Shown here: piece by piece, positions 27,441 through 36,362 of the stretch | Layout of the letters: each line of letters opens with the position of its first letter | How positions within the stretch are numbered: position 1 is the first letter of the stretch | DNA from: Roseiflexaceae bacterium | GTDB taxonomy: Bacteria; Chloroflexota; Chloroflexia; Chloroflexales; Roseiflexaceae | NCBI GenBank assembly: GCA_035559635.1 | Contig: DATMBA010000428.1 | Span: 1-44,056 of the forward strand | Reading direction: 5' to 3' | DNA: 44,056 bases | Made by a program: the position numbers and the translations under genes | The notes under the pieces: model-generated | The model's input: only the letters and a program-made list of their open reading frames with translations | What the model was told of the DNA's origin: nothing | The model's database searches: none

Positions 27441-27948
27441 CGGCCAGTCGCTCGTTATCCTGGCGCTCGTGTTGCCGTTCCTGGTCGCGCTGATCATGAT
27501 GGCGATCGAGGTCAGCACCCGGCTCCTGGAGGTCGCCGAGCTCGAGGATGCGCTGCGCCAGGCCTCCCGCTCCTCGGTGCAGCTGCTCGACTACGCGGCG
27601 CTCGCGGACAACGGGCAGCGTGTGGACGAGGAGCGTGTGATCGCCACCGCCAGAACGATGTTCCGCGTCAACCTGGGCAGCGTCCGTGGCCTGGATGAGC
27701 CGGTGGATGATCTGGTGGACCGTGTGTCGTGGCAGGTGCTCCCCGAAGGGGGCGCCTGCACGCTCCCTGGTGAGGGCGCGCTGGTCGCCGGACGGGCGCA
27801 GCGTGCGAACAACCAGTGGCAGGTGGAGTTCGATACACCCGCCGTCTGCGCCTCCGTTCGCCCGAAGCTCCACGGTCTGCTTGGCTGGGGCCAGTACATG
27901 CCGACGATCAACGCGGCCGAGACGCTCGATGTGCTGGTGGAGCCATGA
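27379..27948 (+). CDS. TadE/TadG-like pilus assembly protein
   Basis: ATGA overlap at 27379-27382. DGQSLVILALVLPFLVALIMMAIEV is a TadE/G-like N-terminal motif. An alternative ATG lies at 27361. Confidence 0.75.
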   Translation: MSLRRSAFDVQRLAFSLQRSDGQSLVILALVLPFLVALIMMAIEVSTRLLEVAELEDALRQASRSSVQLLDYAALADNGQRVDEERVIATARTMFRVNLGSVRGLDEPVDDLVDRVSWQVLPEGGACTLPGEGALVAGRAQRANNQWQVEFDTPAVCASVRPKLHGLLGWGQYMPTINAAETLDVLVEP

Positions 27949-28439
27949 GCGACACCCACGCCGCGATCGAGCGCCTGTACGACGCGGAGCGCCGCTCCAT
28001 GCTGGTGTTCCTGCGACGCATCGTCGGGAGCCCCGAGGCCGCCGAAGATCTGTGCCAGGACGCCTTTCTGAAGGCGCTCTGCGCCTGGCCGACGCGCGAC
28101 CCGCGGGCGAGCGTTCACGCCTGGCTGTACGAGATCGCCCGCAACGCGGCCTACGACTACCTGCGTGGCCAGCGCTACCGCCAGTCGCAGCCGCTCCACA
28201 CGCTCCCCTCGAGCGCGGCGGCGGTGCCATGGGACGAGCGCATCGTCGAGGCCGCGCCGGTCCACCAGGCGCTCGCCCAGATCCCGCCTGGCCAGCGTGT
28301 GCCGCTGGTCATGCAGGCCTGCGCCAATGCGCCCGTGCAGGACATCGCCCGCCGCCTGGGCTGCACCACCGGCACGGTTCACATGCGGCTGCAACGTGGC
28401 CGCGCCCGCTTTCGATCCGCCTTCGCCGCACTTAGCTAA
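27945..28439 (+). CDS. ECF-type RNA polymerase sigma-70 family factor
   Basis: ATGA overlap at 27945-27948. Region 2: EDLCQDAFLKAL...WLYEIARNAAYDYLR. Region 4: QRVPLVMQACANAPVQDIARRLGCTTGTVHMRLQRGR. Confidence 0.88.
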   Translation: MSDTHAAIERLYDAERRSMLVFLRRIVGSPEAAEDLCQDAFLKALCAWPTRDPRASVHAWLYEIARNAAYDYLRGQRYRQSQPLHTLPSSAAAVPWDERIVEAAPVHQALAQIPPGQRVPLVMQACANAPVQDIARRLGCTTGTVHMRLQRGRARFRSAFAALS

Positions 28440-28458
28440 CACGGAGGAACCAGCGGCC

Positions 28459-29439
28459 ATGTCGTTCGCATCGCAACCACTCTCCCAGGCGCTCACGCCC
28501 AAGAAGAGCAACCTCCCCATGGTCCTACTGCTCCTGGTCGGGCTCGTCCTGTGCCTCGGCGCGGCGGCCTACGGCTACGTAGAGAGCCGCCGCACCGAGC
28601 AGGTGGTCATCGCCGCCCGTGACATCCCCTACGGTCGCCAGATCGTCGCCGACGACCTGGCCGTGATCGAGCTGCCGCTGCACCGCCCGGTGCAGATCGC
28701 CGGCATCACCAACCCTGCGGCCATCATCGGCCAGTACGCCGCGCGCCAGATCGGCCCGAACGACATCGTGCAGGGCGCGATGCTGATGGCCGAGCCGCCT
28801 TCTGACCCGGTGTACCCGAACGGCGCGCGCCTCGGCCGCGACATGGTGCCGGTGCCCTTCGCGCTTGCCGCGCTCGGCCCGATCGCCGACCGCGACTTCG
28901 TGAACATCGGCTTCACGACGACGGACGCAACCCTCTGCGACCGCGAGCTGGCCGATGTGGTGCCCGGCACGGTGCTGCCGCCGCCCGTGCACATGGCCGC
29001 TGTCACCCAGCCCGGCGACGCGACCGCCGCTGGTGGCCCGCAGACACTGCCGCGCGCCTTTGCGTGTCGATTCATGTCGAACGTCCGCATCCTCTACATC
29101 GACGGCGACACAGCCTACCTGGAGATGACGCCGACCCAGGCACACGCGATGTGGGCGCTGAACGCCTCGGGTGTCTCGATGTGGGGCGAGCGCTACGGCT
29201 CGCACAGCACGCCGCTGCTGTACATGGACCGCCTGGATGCGGGCCAGATCACGCTGCCCGACATCACGCTCCCGGTCTCCGAGACGATCCGCATCGAGCC
29301 GGCGCTGGTCAATCCGGCCAGCGCCGAGACGACCGACGCGGCGGGCGCGGCGATCCCCGGCGCCACTACCCAGATCCCGGGCAGCGACGCGTCCGCTGAC
29401 GAGAGCGCGGACGGAACGAGTGACACCGCCGCGCCCTAA
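28459..29439 (+). CDS. CpaB/RcpC-like Flp pilus assembly protein (SAF domain)
   Basis: ATG 28459 lies 9 nt after GGAGGA. N-terminal TM, then VVIAARDIPYGRQIVADDLAVIELP (SAF-like). Ala/Thr/Asp-rich tail. Confidence 0.75.
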   Translation: MSFASQPLSQALTPKKSNLPMVLLLLVGLVLCLGAAAYGYVESRRTEQVVIAARDIPYGRQIVADDLAVIELPLHRPVQIAGITNPAAIIGQYAARQIGPNDIVQGAMLMAEPPSDPVYPNGARLGRDMVPVPFALAALGPIADRDFVNIGFTTTDATLCDRELADVVPGTVLPPPVHMAAVTQPGDATAAGGPQTLPRAFACRFMSNVRILYIDGDTAYLEMTPTQAHAMWALNASGVSMWGERYGSHSTPLLYMDRLDAGQITLPDITLPVSETIRIEPALVNPASAETTDAAGAAIPGATTQIPGSDASADESADGTSDTAAP

Positions 29440-29481
29440 CCGCCCGCCACGAACATCGCAGCACAGCATCGAAGGATACAC

Positions 29482-30699
29482 GTGGCTATGACCGTCGCAG
29501 ATCTCGCATCAACCACCCTCAGCGCCGCCGTTATCGAGCGACTGGAAGAGCTGAGGTTGCGCCAACAATCGGGGCGGCTTTGCCACTGGCAGCGTGGCGT
29601 CACGGAGACGCTGCAGCGCGCCGGGCTCGGTGAGGGCTACACCCTCGCGGAGTGGGCTGAGATGCCCTGGTATGGCCCGCTGGAGCAGTGGCGACACCCC
29701 GGCTCCGGCGTCTCCGACATCATCATCAACGGCCCCGAGCGGGACATCATCGTCGTGGAGCGCGGCAACCGCACCTTTACCGGCGTCACGCTCCACCCGG
29801 AGTGGGTGCAATTCGTGCAGCGCCAGCTCACGATGCGTGCGGGCTTCACAACCCCGCAGGCGCCCGACGACTGGCGCACCCCAACCGGTGGCGTCACGCA
29901 CGCGCTCATCGGCTCGGCCGATCGTCGGCTTCGATTCGCCGTCACACGTCCCCCAGCGACCCCGGACGGCGCGACCGTCTCGATCCGCATCCTGCCCGAC
30001 CGCTGGCGTACGCTCGACGACCTGGTTCACCAGGAGAGTGGCATCATGCCCCGCCAGGCCGCCGAGTTGCTCGTCGCGGCGGTGCTGGGCGGCGCGACCG
30101 TGCTGGTCGCCGGCGACACCGGGAGCGGAAAGACCACGCTGACGGCGGCGCTGCTCCAGGCGGTAGGCGAGCACAAGCGGGTCATCATCATCGAGGACGC
30201 CCGCGAGTTGCCGCCGGTCGCGGACAGCATCTCGATCGAGGTGCTGCACAGCGGGATGAGCTTTGTAGAGTGCGTGCGCCTGACGCTGCGCCAGCGCCCG
30301 GACCTGATCGTCTGCGGCGAGGTGCGCGGCCCGGAGGCGCTGGCGATGCTCCAGGCAGCCGCCACCGGCCACCCCGGCATCTGTACCATCCACGCCCCCG
30401 ATGTGCAGACGGCGCTCCGCAACCTGGAGCGCCACGCGGCCAGCTCCGGTGAGGTTCCGCCCCAGATGGTGCGTGGCCTAATGACCTCTGGCGCGGTGCC
30501 GCTTGTGGTCTGTCACGTCGGCGTCGTGAACGGTCGCCGCACCGTAACCAGTATCGATGAGGTCATCACGACCGGCGGCTGCGGGAACGTCGGTGACCGG
30601 TACACCGTGAACCCACTCTACGGTTTCAACCCGGCGTCGGGCCGGGTGGAGAAGCATCGCAGCACCGTCCAGGGCGCCTGGGCCAAAGGGCGCTTCTAG
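29482..30699 (+). CDS. CpaF/VirB11-family secretion ATPase (T2SSE)
   Basis: Walker A VAGDTGSGKTT. Asp box IIIEDARE. Walker B/His box RQRPDLIVCGEVRGPEA ... TGHPGICTIHA. Confidence 0.92.
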   Translation: MAMTVADLASTTLSAAVIERLEELRLRQQSGRLCHWQRGVTETLQRAGLGEGYTLAEWAEMPWYGPLEQWRHPGSGVSDIIINGPERDIIVVERGNRTFTGVTLHPEWVQFVQRQLTMRAGFTTPQAPDDWRTPTGGVTHALIGSADRRLRFAVTRPPATPDGATVSIRILPDRWRTLDDLVHQESGIMPRQAAELLVAAVLGGATVLVAGDTGSGKTTLTAALLQAVGEHKRVIIIEDARELPPVADSISIEVLHSGMSFVECVRLTLRQRPDLIVCGEVRGPEALAMLQAAATGHPGICTIHAPDVQTALRNLERHAASSGEVPPQMVRGLMTSGAVPLVVCHVGVVNGRRTVTSIDEVITTGGCGNVGDRYTVNPLYGFNPASGRVEKHRSTVQGAWAKGRF

Positions 30700-30761
30700 A
30701 AGCGCATTGTCGTTGCCTGCGCGCTGCCCGTCAGCGCGCCACGCAGAAAGTAGAACCACGC

Positions 30762-32027
30762 ATGGCTACGGAACTGCTCATTGTGAGCACCACGAGCGGG
30801 CTGCAGGAGGCGCTCATCGGCTACGAGGGCCTGACGGTCCTCCAGGCGCCCGGCCTCAGTCGCGTCAAGAGCCTGATCGTCAGCGAGCAGCCGCCCGAGG
30901 CGATCTACCTCGAGGACACGCGCGGCACACTGGAGGAGATCTGGGAGATCATCCGCCAGGCGCAGAGCCGCCGCATCCCGGTGCTGCTCGGCCTCCAGAG
31001 CGTCGGCATCGTCCACCGCGCGGACTTCGCGGACGCCGGCATCCCGGTCATCACGGAGACCCGCGCCGCGGCCGATCTGGCTGCCTGGGTCGCACAGCAG
31101 CTCGGCGTCCGGCGCCGCGCGGCCGCCACGGGTCAGGTAACGATTGCCGTGGGCGGCGCCAAGGGCGGCATCGGCAAGAGCCTGGTCGTGGCGATGATCG
31201 CCGAGGGCATGCGCCGGCGCGGTCTGCGCGTCCTGGTGGTGGACGGCGACCTGTCGAACTCCGGCGTGGTGCCGACCTTCCGCATCCCATCCGGCTACCC
31301 TTCGTTCCTATATCTGAAGCAGGAGGGGATCTCTGCCTTCACCCCGGAGAATGTCCGGCGCTACATCTACAAGCACTCGAGCGGCATTGACTTCCTGCTC
31401 GGCAGCGAGGAGACCGCCAGCGCGCTCGACCTCGTGCTCCCCGAATGGCAGGCGCTCATGCAGGCCGTGCGGTCGCTGGAGGGCTACGACCTGGTGCTGA
31501 TCGACACCGGCCCGGAGATGAAGAAGCGCCCCTACGCGCTCGATGCGGCGCGCAACGGCGGCTGGGTGGTGCTCCCCGCGCCCCCCGGACGCAAGGAGCG
31601 CACCGGCGTGGGCTACGCCCTGTCGTACTTCGCACAGCAGATGCCCGACCTGACCGAGCGGTGCCTGGTGCTCTTTATGGAACCGGAGCGGGGCGTGACC
31701 GTGACGATCCCCCAGGTGGCCCCGCTGTTCGGGCGGCAGTTCCCCCGCGCCCGCACGCTGGGGTCGCTGCCCCGTGCCACACGGCAGATCAGCCTGGCTG
31801 ACGAGATGGCCGACCGCTACCTCTCGCCGCTCGACGTGGCCCCGCACAGCACGTTCTCGCGGGCCGTCCATGAGATGGTCGAGACCCTGTGCGGCACGGT
31901 GGGCCTGAAGCCGCCGCTGCCGATGCCGAAGTCCTCGTTCTGGCAGCGCCTGCGCGGCGAGAAGGTCGTCACGCTGCCCGCCGCCGCGGCCCTCGCCGGC
32001 GTGCAAGAGATTGAGGTGGGTGTATGA
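30762..32027 (+). CDS. CpaE/TadZ-like ParA/MinD-family ATPase with N-terminal receiver-like domain
   Basis: Deviant Walker A GGAKGGIGKS, VVDGDL, LIDTGP. The N-terminal ~120 aa have a CheY-like alternation without an obvious phospho-Asp context. Confidence 0.85.
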   Translation: MATELLIVSTTSGLQEALIGYEGLTVLQAPGLSRVKSLIVSEQPPEAIYLEDTRGTLEEIWEIIRQAQSRRIPVLLGLQSVGIVHRADFADAGIPVITETRAAADLAAWVAQQLGVRRRAAATGQVTIAVGGAKGGIGKSLVVAMIAEGMRRRGLRVLVVDGDLSNSGVVPTFRIPSGYPSFLYLKQEGISAFTPENVRRYIYKHSSGIDFLLGSEETASALDLVLPEWQALMQAVRSLEGYDLVLIDTGPEMKKRPYALDAARNGGWVVLPAPPGRKERTGVGYALSYFAQQMPDLTERCLVLFMEPERGVTVTIPQVAPLFGRQFPRARTLGSLPRATRQISLADEMADRYLSPLDVAPHSTFSRAVHEMVETLCGTVGLKPPLPMPKSSFWQRLRGEKVVTLPAAAALAGVQEIEVGV

Positions 32028-34087
32028 CCTGGGGACTACCGAACACCCTCACCGTCGAGGAGGACGGCGGGATCTCCTCGCTGATGGGTAGTGCTCCGAT
32101 GACGCTGACCCGTGACGCCGCGCTCGGCGACGGGGCGATCCTCGCGGCGGCGAGGGACGCGTTGCAGGCATCGTTCGCGGCCGACGAGCGCAAGCACTTC
32201 ATGGACCCGTTCGCGCCGGCGGCCGAGCGGAATGCTGAGGTCGTCGGGGTGCTGCGCGATGCCGTGTCGCAGCACCGACAGCGCGGGGGCCTCCTCGCGC
32301 GCGTCCCGACCGACGATGAGACGCTCCTGGCGCTGTTCGCCGCCACCATCGGCTGGGGGCCCGCGCAGCGCTACCTCGACGACCCCCGGGTGAACGAGAT
32401 CAAGATTATTGGCACGCGGATGCGCGTGCAAGAGGCCGGGAAGCCCTTCGTCACCGTCCCCGAGCGCTTCAACAGCGTTGACGAGGTGATGTCGCGGGCG
32501 ATGCTGCTGGCACAGGTGCTCGGGGTCAAGCTCGACGCGAACCTGCCGCAGTCGACGCTCCCGGTCGCGCACGGCACGCGCATGCACGTCACCATCCCGC
32601 CGCGCGTGCCGAAGGACAACACCCTGGTCTGCATCCGCCGCGGGCGGCGCGAGTGCTGGGACATCGACGACGTGCTGAAGCGCGGCACCGTGGACCGGGC
32701 GCTCGCCGACCTGCTGCGCCTGCTCAGCCGCGCCCGCTGCTCGTTCCTGATCGTCGGCCGCACCGGCAGCGGCAAGACCGGCATGCTGGAGGCGCTCGCG
32801 AACTCCTGGCCGGGTGAGCCGCACATCGTGACGATCGAGGACCACACCGCCGAGATCGGCATCCGCCGCACTGACCTCTGGACGCGCGAGCACGTCAACA
32901 CCGAGCACGACCCGCTCGTGTTCGGCCGTGTGGCGAAGGAGGCGATGCGTCAGACGCCGGACCTGCTGCTGCCAGGCGAGACACGCGGCAATGAGGCGGG
33001 CGCGATCCTGGCGATGGTGCTCTCCGACCACCCGGTGATGACCACACTCCACGCCCGCTCGTGCCTGGAGGCGGCGCAGCGCTTCGCGTCCTTTGCGGCG
33101 ATGCCCGGTGCCTACATGTACGAGGGCCGGCGGGACGACGCGCTGCGCGACACGTGCCTCGGCTTCGATGTGGTGATCAAGATGGATGTCTGGGAGGATC
33201 TGGGCATCCGTCTGATTACCGAGGTTGCCCTGCTGGATGGGTCCGAGTACCGGCGCGGCAGCGTGCTGGAGCCGCGAGTCATCCCGCTCGCCGCCGTGGA
33301 GGTGCAGCCCGACGGGCACATCACCTGGCGGCTGATGGCGCGCGCCGGCGTGGGCGGGATGCTCGAGTGGGTCGAGGGGCAGGACCAGACGCCGCAGAAG
33401 CTGCGCGAGAAGCTGGTGCGCGCCCGCGCGATGGCGCAGATCCGCACCGCCGCCACCTCGCTCGACCTCGTAGCCGAGGCCATCAGCCGCGCCTCCCGGC
33501 ACCTGCAGGCGAACGAGGCCGCGCGCGCGCTGGCCACACTGCGGGGCGCCTGGGTGCAGCGCCGCGACGGGCGGCTCATCGCGAGCGCGCAGCAGGCGCT
33601 TGCGCACCTGCCGGGTGGCTTTACGGAGGAGCGCGCGGCGGCGACGGCGCGCCGTGCCGATCTGGACCGGCTGCTCCAGGGCCAGCGCTGGCGCGCGGCG
33701 CGTCAGCACTACGATCTGCTGATAGGCGATCTGGTGTTCGCCGCGGTGGCGGTGCCCACCGGCGGTTGGAGCACGATCGAGACTCAGATCACTGCCGGGC
33801 TGGCGCTGGAGGCCGAGGCCGACGAGGCCCGGATCGAGGCGGAGTTGGCGCTGGGCCAGCACCAAGCGCGTGTAGCCGTGGACATCCTCTCGCGCTTCAC
33901 CGTGACCGAGCTGTCGGTCGCCGTGGCACTGCCGCTCATCTGCGTGCGTGAGGCGGCGATGGAGCAGTTGATGGCGCTGGGCGAGGGGTCGGAGGCCGCG
34001 CTATCGAGCGTCCGGGCGCAGCGGATGGCGCTGGAGCGGGCGCTTATGACCGAGCAGCAGGACGATGTGGAACGGAGGGCGGCGTGA
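32024..34087 (+). CDS. Second CpaF/VirB11-family ATPase with ~270-aa C-terminal helical extension
   Basis: ATGA overlap. Walker A VGRTGSGKTG, IVTIEDHTAE, RQTPDLLLPGETRGNEAG and HPVMTTLHA. An Ala/Arg/Leu-rich helical tail starts at about residue 410. Confidence 0.88.
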   Translation: MTWGLPNTLTVEEDGGISSLMGSAPMTLTRDAALGDGAILAAARDALQASFAADERKHFMDPFAPAAERNAEVVGVLRDAVSQHRQRGGLLARVPTDDETLLALFAATIGWGPAQRYLDDPRVNEIKIIGTRMRVQEAGKPFVTVPERFNSVDEVMSRAMLLAQVLGVKLDANLPQSTLPVAHGTRMHVTIPPRVPKDNTLVCIRRGRRECWDIDDVLKRGTVDRALADLLRLLSRARCSFLIVGRTGSGKTGMLEALANSWPGEPHIVTIEDHTAEIGIRRTDLWTREHVNTEHDPLVFGRVAKEAMRQTPDLLLPGETRGNEAGAILAMVLSDHPVMTTLHARSCLEAAQRFASFAAMPGAYMYEGRRDDALRDTCLGFDVVIKMDVWEDLGIRLITEVALLDGSEYRRGSVLEPRVIPLAAVEVQPDGHITWRLMARAGVGGMLEWVEGQDQTPQKLREKLVRARAMAQIRTAATSLDLVAEAISRASRHLQANEAARALATLRGAWVQRRDGRLIASAQQALAHLPGGFTEERAAATARRADLDRLLQGQRWRAARQHYDLLIGDLVFAAVAVPTGGWSTIETQITAGLALEAEADEARIEAELALGQHQARVAVDILSRFTVTELSVAVALPLICVREAAMEQLMALGEGSEAALSSVRAQRMALERALMTEQQDDVERRAA

Positions 34088-35052
34088 GCAGTGCAAATGG
34101 GATCCCGATCCCCACAACCCCCACGATCACCCACCCGGAGACGGCGTGGGTCGCGCAGGCCGTGCCGGTCTTTCTGACCATCGGCACGATCCTGCTCATC
34201 ACCCTGCTGCTGCGCGGGAAGCGGCGTGCGGCGCTCGGGGCGATGCTCCTGCGCCGTGCCGCCAGCCAGCAGCGGGATGTCGTCGATCCCGTCCTGGTGT
34301 GGGCCGTGCCCATCACGAGCGAGACGACGCTGCTGGGCATCTGTCTCGTGACCGCATGCACGCTCGTGGTCGTGCTGACCGGCCTGGCTCCGTTCTTCGT
34401 CGCCCTCGTGTTGGCGGGACCGCTCACGGCGGTCATCGTGTGGGGCGCGCTCTGGGCCATGGAGCGGCGCTACGTCGCCGCGCTTGACGCGGCGCTTCCG
34501 GCCGCCGTCGGGCGGCTGCAGGCCCAGCTGCGCGCCGGCAGCGGCTTCCAGCACGCGCTCCAGAAACTACTCCGTGATATGCCAGCCGGACCGCTCATGG
34601 CGGAGTGGTCGTTCTTGCAGGCCCGGCTCGGCGCGCCGCTCAGCGGCCCGCATGGCGCCCTGGCCACGCCGCAGGTGCTTGCGGCGGCGCTGCTCGCGCA
34701 GACGCCCTCGCAGCGGCACGCGGCGTTCCTCGCGCATCTTGAGGTGGCGCTCGGCCAGCCGCACGACGTCCTGGTGCAGCGCGTCCAGGCGGCGTACGAG
34801 GCGCTCCAGCACGCCGAGCAGCGGCGCAGTGCGGCCAACACCGAGCTCTCCCAGATGCGCTACAGCGGCATCGCGATCTCGCTCGCGGGCCTGACGATGG
34901 CGCTCTACCTGTTCGCCACCCAGCAGGAGCGGTTTCAGACAGCCTACCAGGGTGCGCTCGGCGCCATCGTCGGCTGCGTGGTGGTGGCCGCGCTGCTGCT
35001 TCCGCTCGTCGGCGGCTTCTTCCTCTCACAAGCGGACGATCTCGACTATTAG
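34084..35052 (+). CDS. TadB-like T2SSF-family inner-membrane platform protein
   Basis: GTGA overlap. N-terminal TM pair, a cytoplasmic helical domain (LPAAVGRLQAQLRAGSGFQHALQKL) and C-terminal TMs. Confidence 0.75.
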   Translation: MSSANGIPIPTTPTITHPETAWVAQAVPVFLTIGTILLITLLLRGKRRAALGAMLLRRAASQQRDVVDPVLVWAVPITSETTLLGICLVTACTLVVVLTGLAPFFVALVLAGPLTAVIVWGALWAMERRYVAALDAALPAAVGRLQAQLRAGSGFQHALQKLLRDMPAGPLMAEWSFLQARLGAPLSGPHGALATPQVLAAALLAQTPSQRHAAFLAHLEVALGQPHDVLVQRVQAAYEALQHAEQRRSAANTELSQMRYSGIAISLAGLTMALYLFATQQERFQTAYQGALGAIVGCVVVAALLLPLVGGFFLSQADDLDY

Positions 35053-35081
35053 CGCGGCGTGCCGCTGAGGAGTGGATAGCG

Positions 35082-35897
35082 ATGGAACCTACACCGATGA
35101 ACCCCCTGCTCTCGCCAGGCGCGCCCTTTGTGGCGCTCAGTCTGGCAGGAGCCCTCCTGGCCGCGTTCGCCCTGTCGCAGCTGGAGCGCACGCGCGTCCT
35201 CATCGCCGGCGTGCGCCAGATTCCGAACCAGCGCGGCATGGCCGGGCGGATGGTGATCGGGCAGGCGGCTGGCATCCCGCTCGCCATGCTGCTGCTCGCG
35301 ATCGCCATTGCCGGCGGCACGAGTGGTATGGTGCGGCTGCTGCTGTTCGCCCTGGCGCTCGGCGTGTACCTGTATGTGGGTATCGTGCTGCCGCGCAAGC
35401 CGATCGTGCAGGCCCAGCAGGAGCGGCACACGCTGCGCCTGCTCACGCCCGGCTTCGTGGCCTATGTACGCGTGGCGCTGGCCGGCTTTGACTCGCCTGT
35501 GCAGCTGCTGGAGCGCTACGTCGCCCGCCCCCGTGAGCGGCTCCTGCCGATGCAGCAACTCGTGGCCGAGGCGCTGACGCTGATGAGCGAGAGGCGCATG
35601 CTGCCCTTTGCGGCGGTGCAGACGGTCGCGCGGGCGCGCGGCTGCCAGGAGCTCACCGACGTGGCCGATGCGCTGGCCCAGGCCGAGTCTGAGGGTACCA
35701 ACCCGCAGCAGGTGCTCGCTGCGCACCAGGCGACGCTGGAGATCATTCTCAAGGACGAGTTCCAGCGGATGCTCAAGCGCCGCACGATGTACCTGCTGCT
35801 GATGGTGGCTATCTCGCTGGTGGTCGGCATCCTCGCGAACCTGCTCTGGGTCATGGTCAGCGGCAGCGGGCTGCTGGGTGGCGGGCTGGGGGTGTAG
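35082..35897 (+). CDS. TadC-like T2SSF-family inner-membrane platform protein
   Basis: ATG 35082 lies after GAGGAG. It has the same TM - helical domain - TM layout and is paralogous in architecture to the preceding gene. Confidence 0.72.
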   Translation: MEPTPMNPLLSPGAPFVALSLAGALLAAFALSQLERTRVLIAGVRQIPNQRGMAGRMVIGQAAGIPLAMLLLAIAIAGGTSGMVRLLLFALALGVYLYVGIVLPRKPIVQAQQERHTLRLLTPGFVAYVRVALAGFDSPVQLLERYVARPRERLLPMQQLVAEALTLMSERRMLPFAAVQTVARARGCQELTDVADALAQAESEGTNPQQVLAAHQATLEIILKDEFQRMLKRRTMYLLLMVAISLVVGILANLLWVMVSGSGLLGGGLGV

Positions 35898-35899
35898 CC

Positions 35900-36334
35900 A
35901 TGCCCCGCCGTGGACGGCCGCCGCAGGAGCGCGCGGCAGAGGCCCTGGCGCTGCTGGAGCAGCGGGGCGGGGCGGAGCGTTTGCCGGCGGTGCTGACGTC
36001 ACGCGACGTGACACCGCTCATCGGGCGGTCATGGTTCTCCGTCGCGCTGCGACTGTCGGTCTTGCCCGGCTTCCGGGTCGTGGCTGGCGGGATATGGCGC
36101 TGCGACCGCGACACGTTCGTGCAATGGCTGATAGAGGTGCGCGATGGGAAAACAGCCCCGATGTCGCGTGTTGCCGACGAGTCAGACCTGGGTGTCACTC
36201 ACGGAGGCGGCGGCGCTGTACCGGGTGTCGACGCGGACGATGAGCGACTGGGTGATCGGGCGGGGGTGGATGCCATACGTGCGCCGGGGCAGATGCGTAC
36301 TGGTGCCGCAAGCTCCGCTCGTCGCAGCGCTTAA
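35900..36334 (+). CDS. Excisionase/MerR-type HTH (HTH_17-like) protein; 3' extent doubtful
   Basis: LTSRDVTPLIGRSWFSVALRLSVLPGFRVVAGGIWRCDRDTFVQWL fits the excisionase-type HTH pattern. After about 36150 the frame turns Gly/Ala/Arg-rich and overlaps the next ORF. Confidence 0.55.
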   Translation: MPRRGRPPQERAAEALALLEQRGGAERLPAVLTSRDVTPLIGRSWFSVALRLSVLPGFRVVAGGIWRCDRDTFVQWLIEVRDGKTAPMSRVADESDLGVTHGGGGAVPGVDADDERLGDRAGVDAIRAPGQMRTGAASSARRSA

Positions 36335-36362
36335 GCGCATGCCCGGAGATCCTGAGCGATGA
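36144..36362 (+). CDS. Second excisionase-type HTH (HTH_17-like) protein
   Basis: WVSLTEAAALYRVSTRTMSDWVIGRGWMPYVRRGRCVLVPQAPLVAAL. ATGA-coupled to the next gene at 36359. The start is uncertain (ATG 36144 or an in-frame GTG near 36190). Confidence 0.6.
   Translation: MGKQPRCRVLPTSQTWVSLTEAAALYRVSTRTMSDWVIGRGWMPYVRRGRCVLVPQAPLVAALKRMPGDPER

Noticed and set aside
32024-34087. The second ATPase as the type IV coupling protein (VirD4/FtsK-like).
   Set aside because: Its Asp-box and His-box motifs (IEDHTAE, TTLHA) place it in the T2SSE/VirB11 family, not the VirD4 or FtsK families. No coupling protein or relaxase is identifiable in this window.
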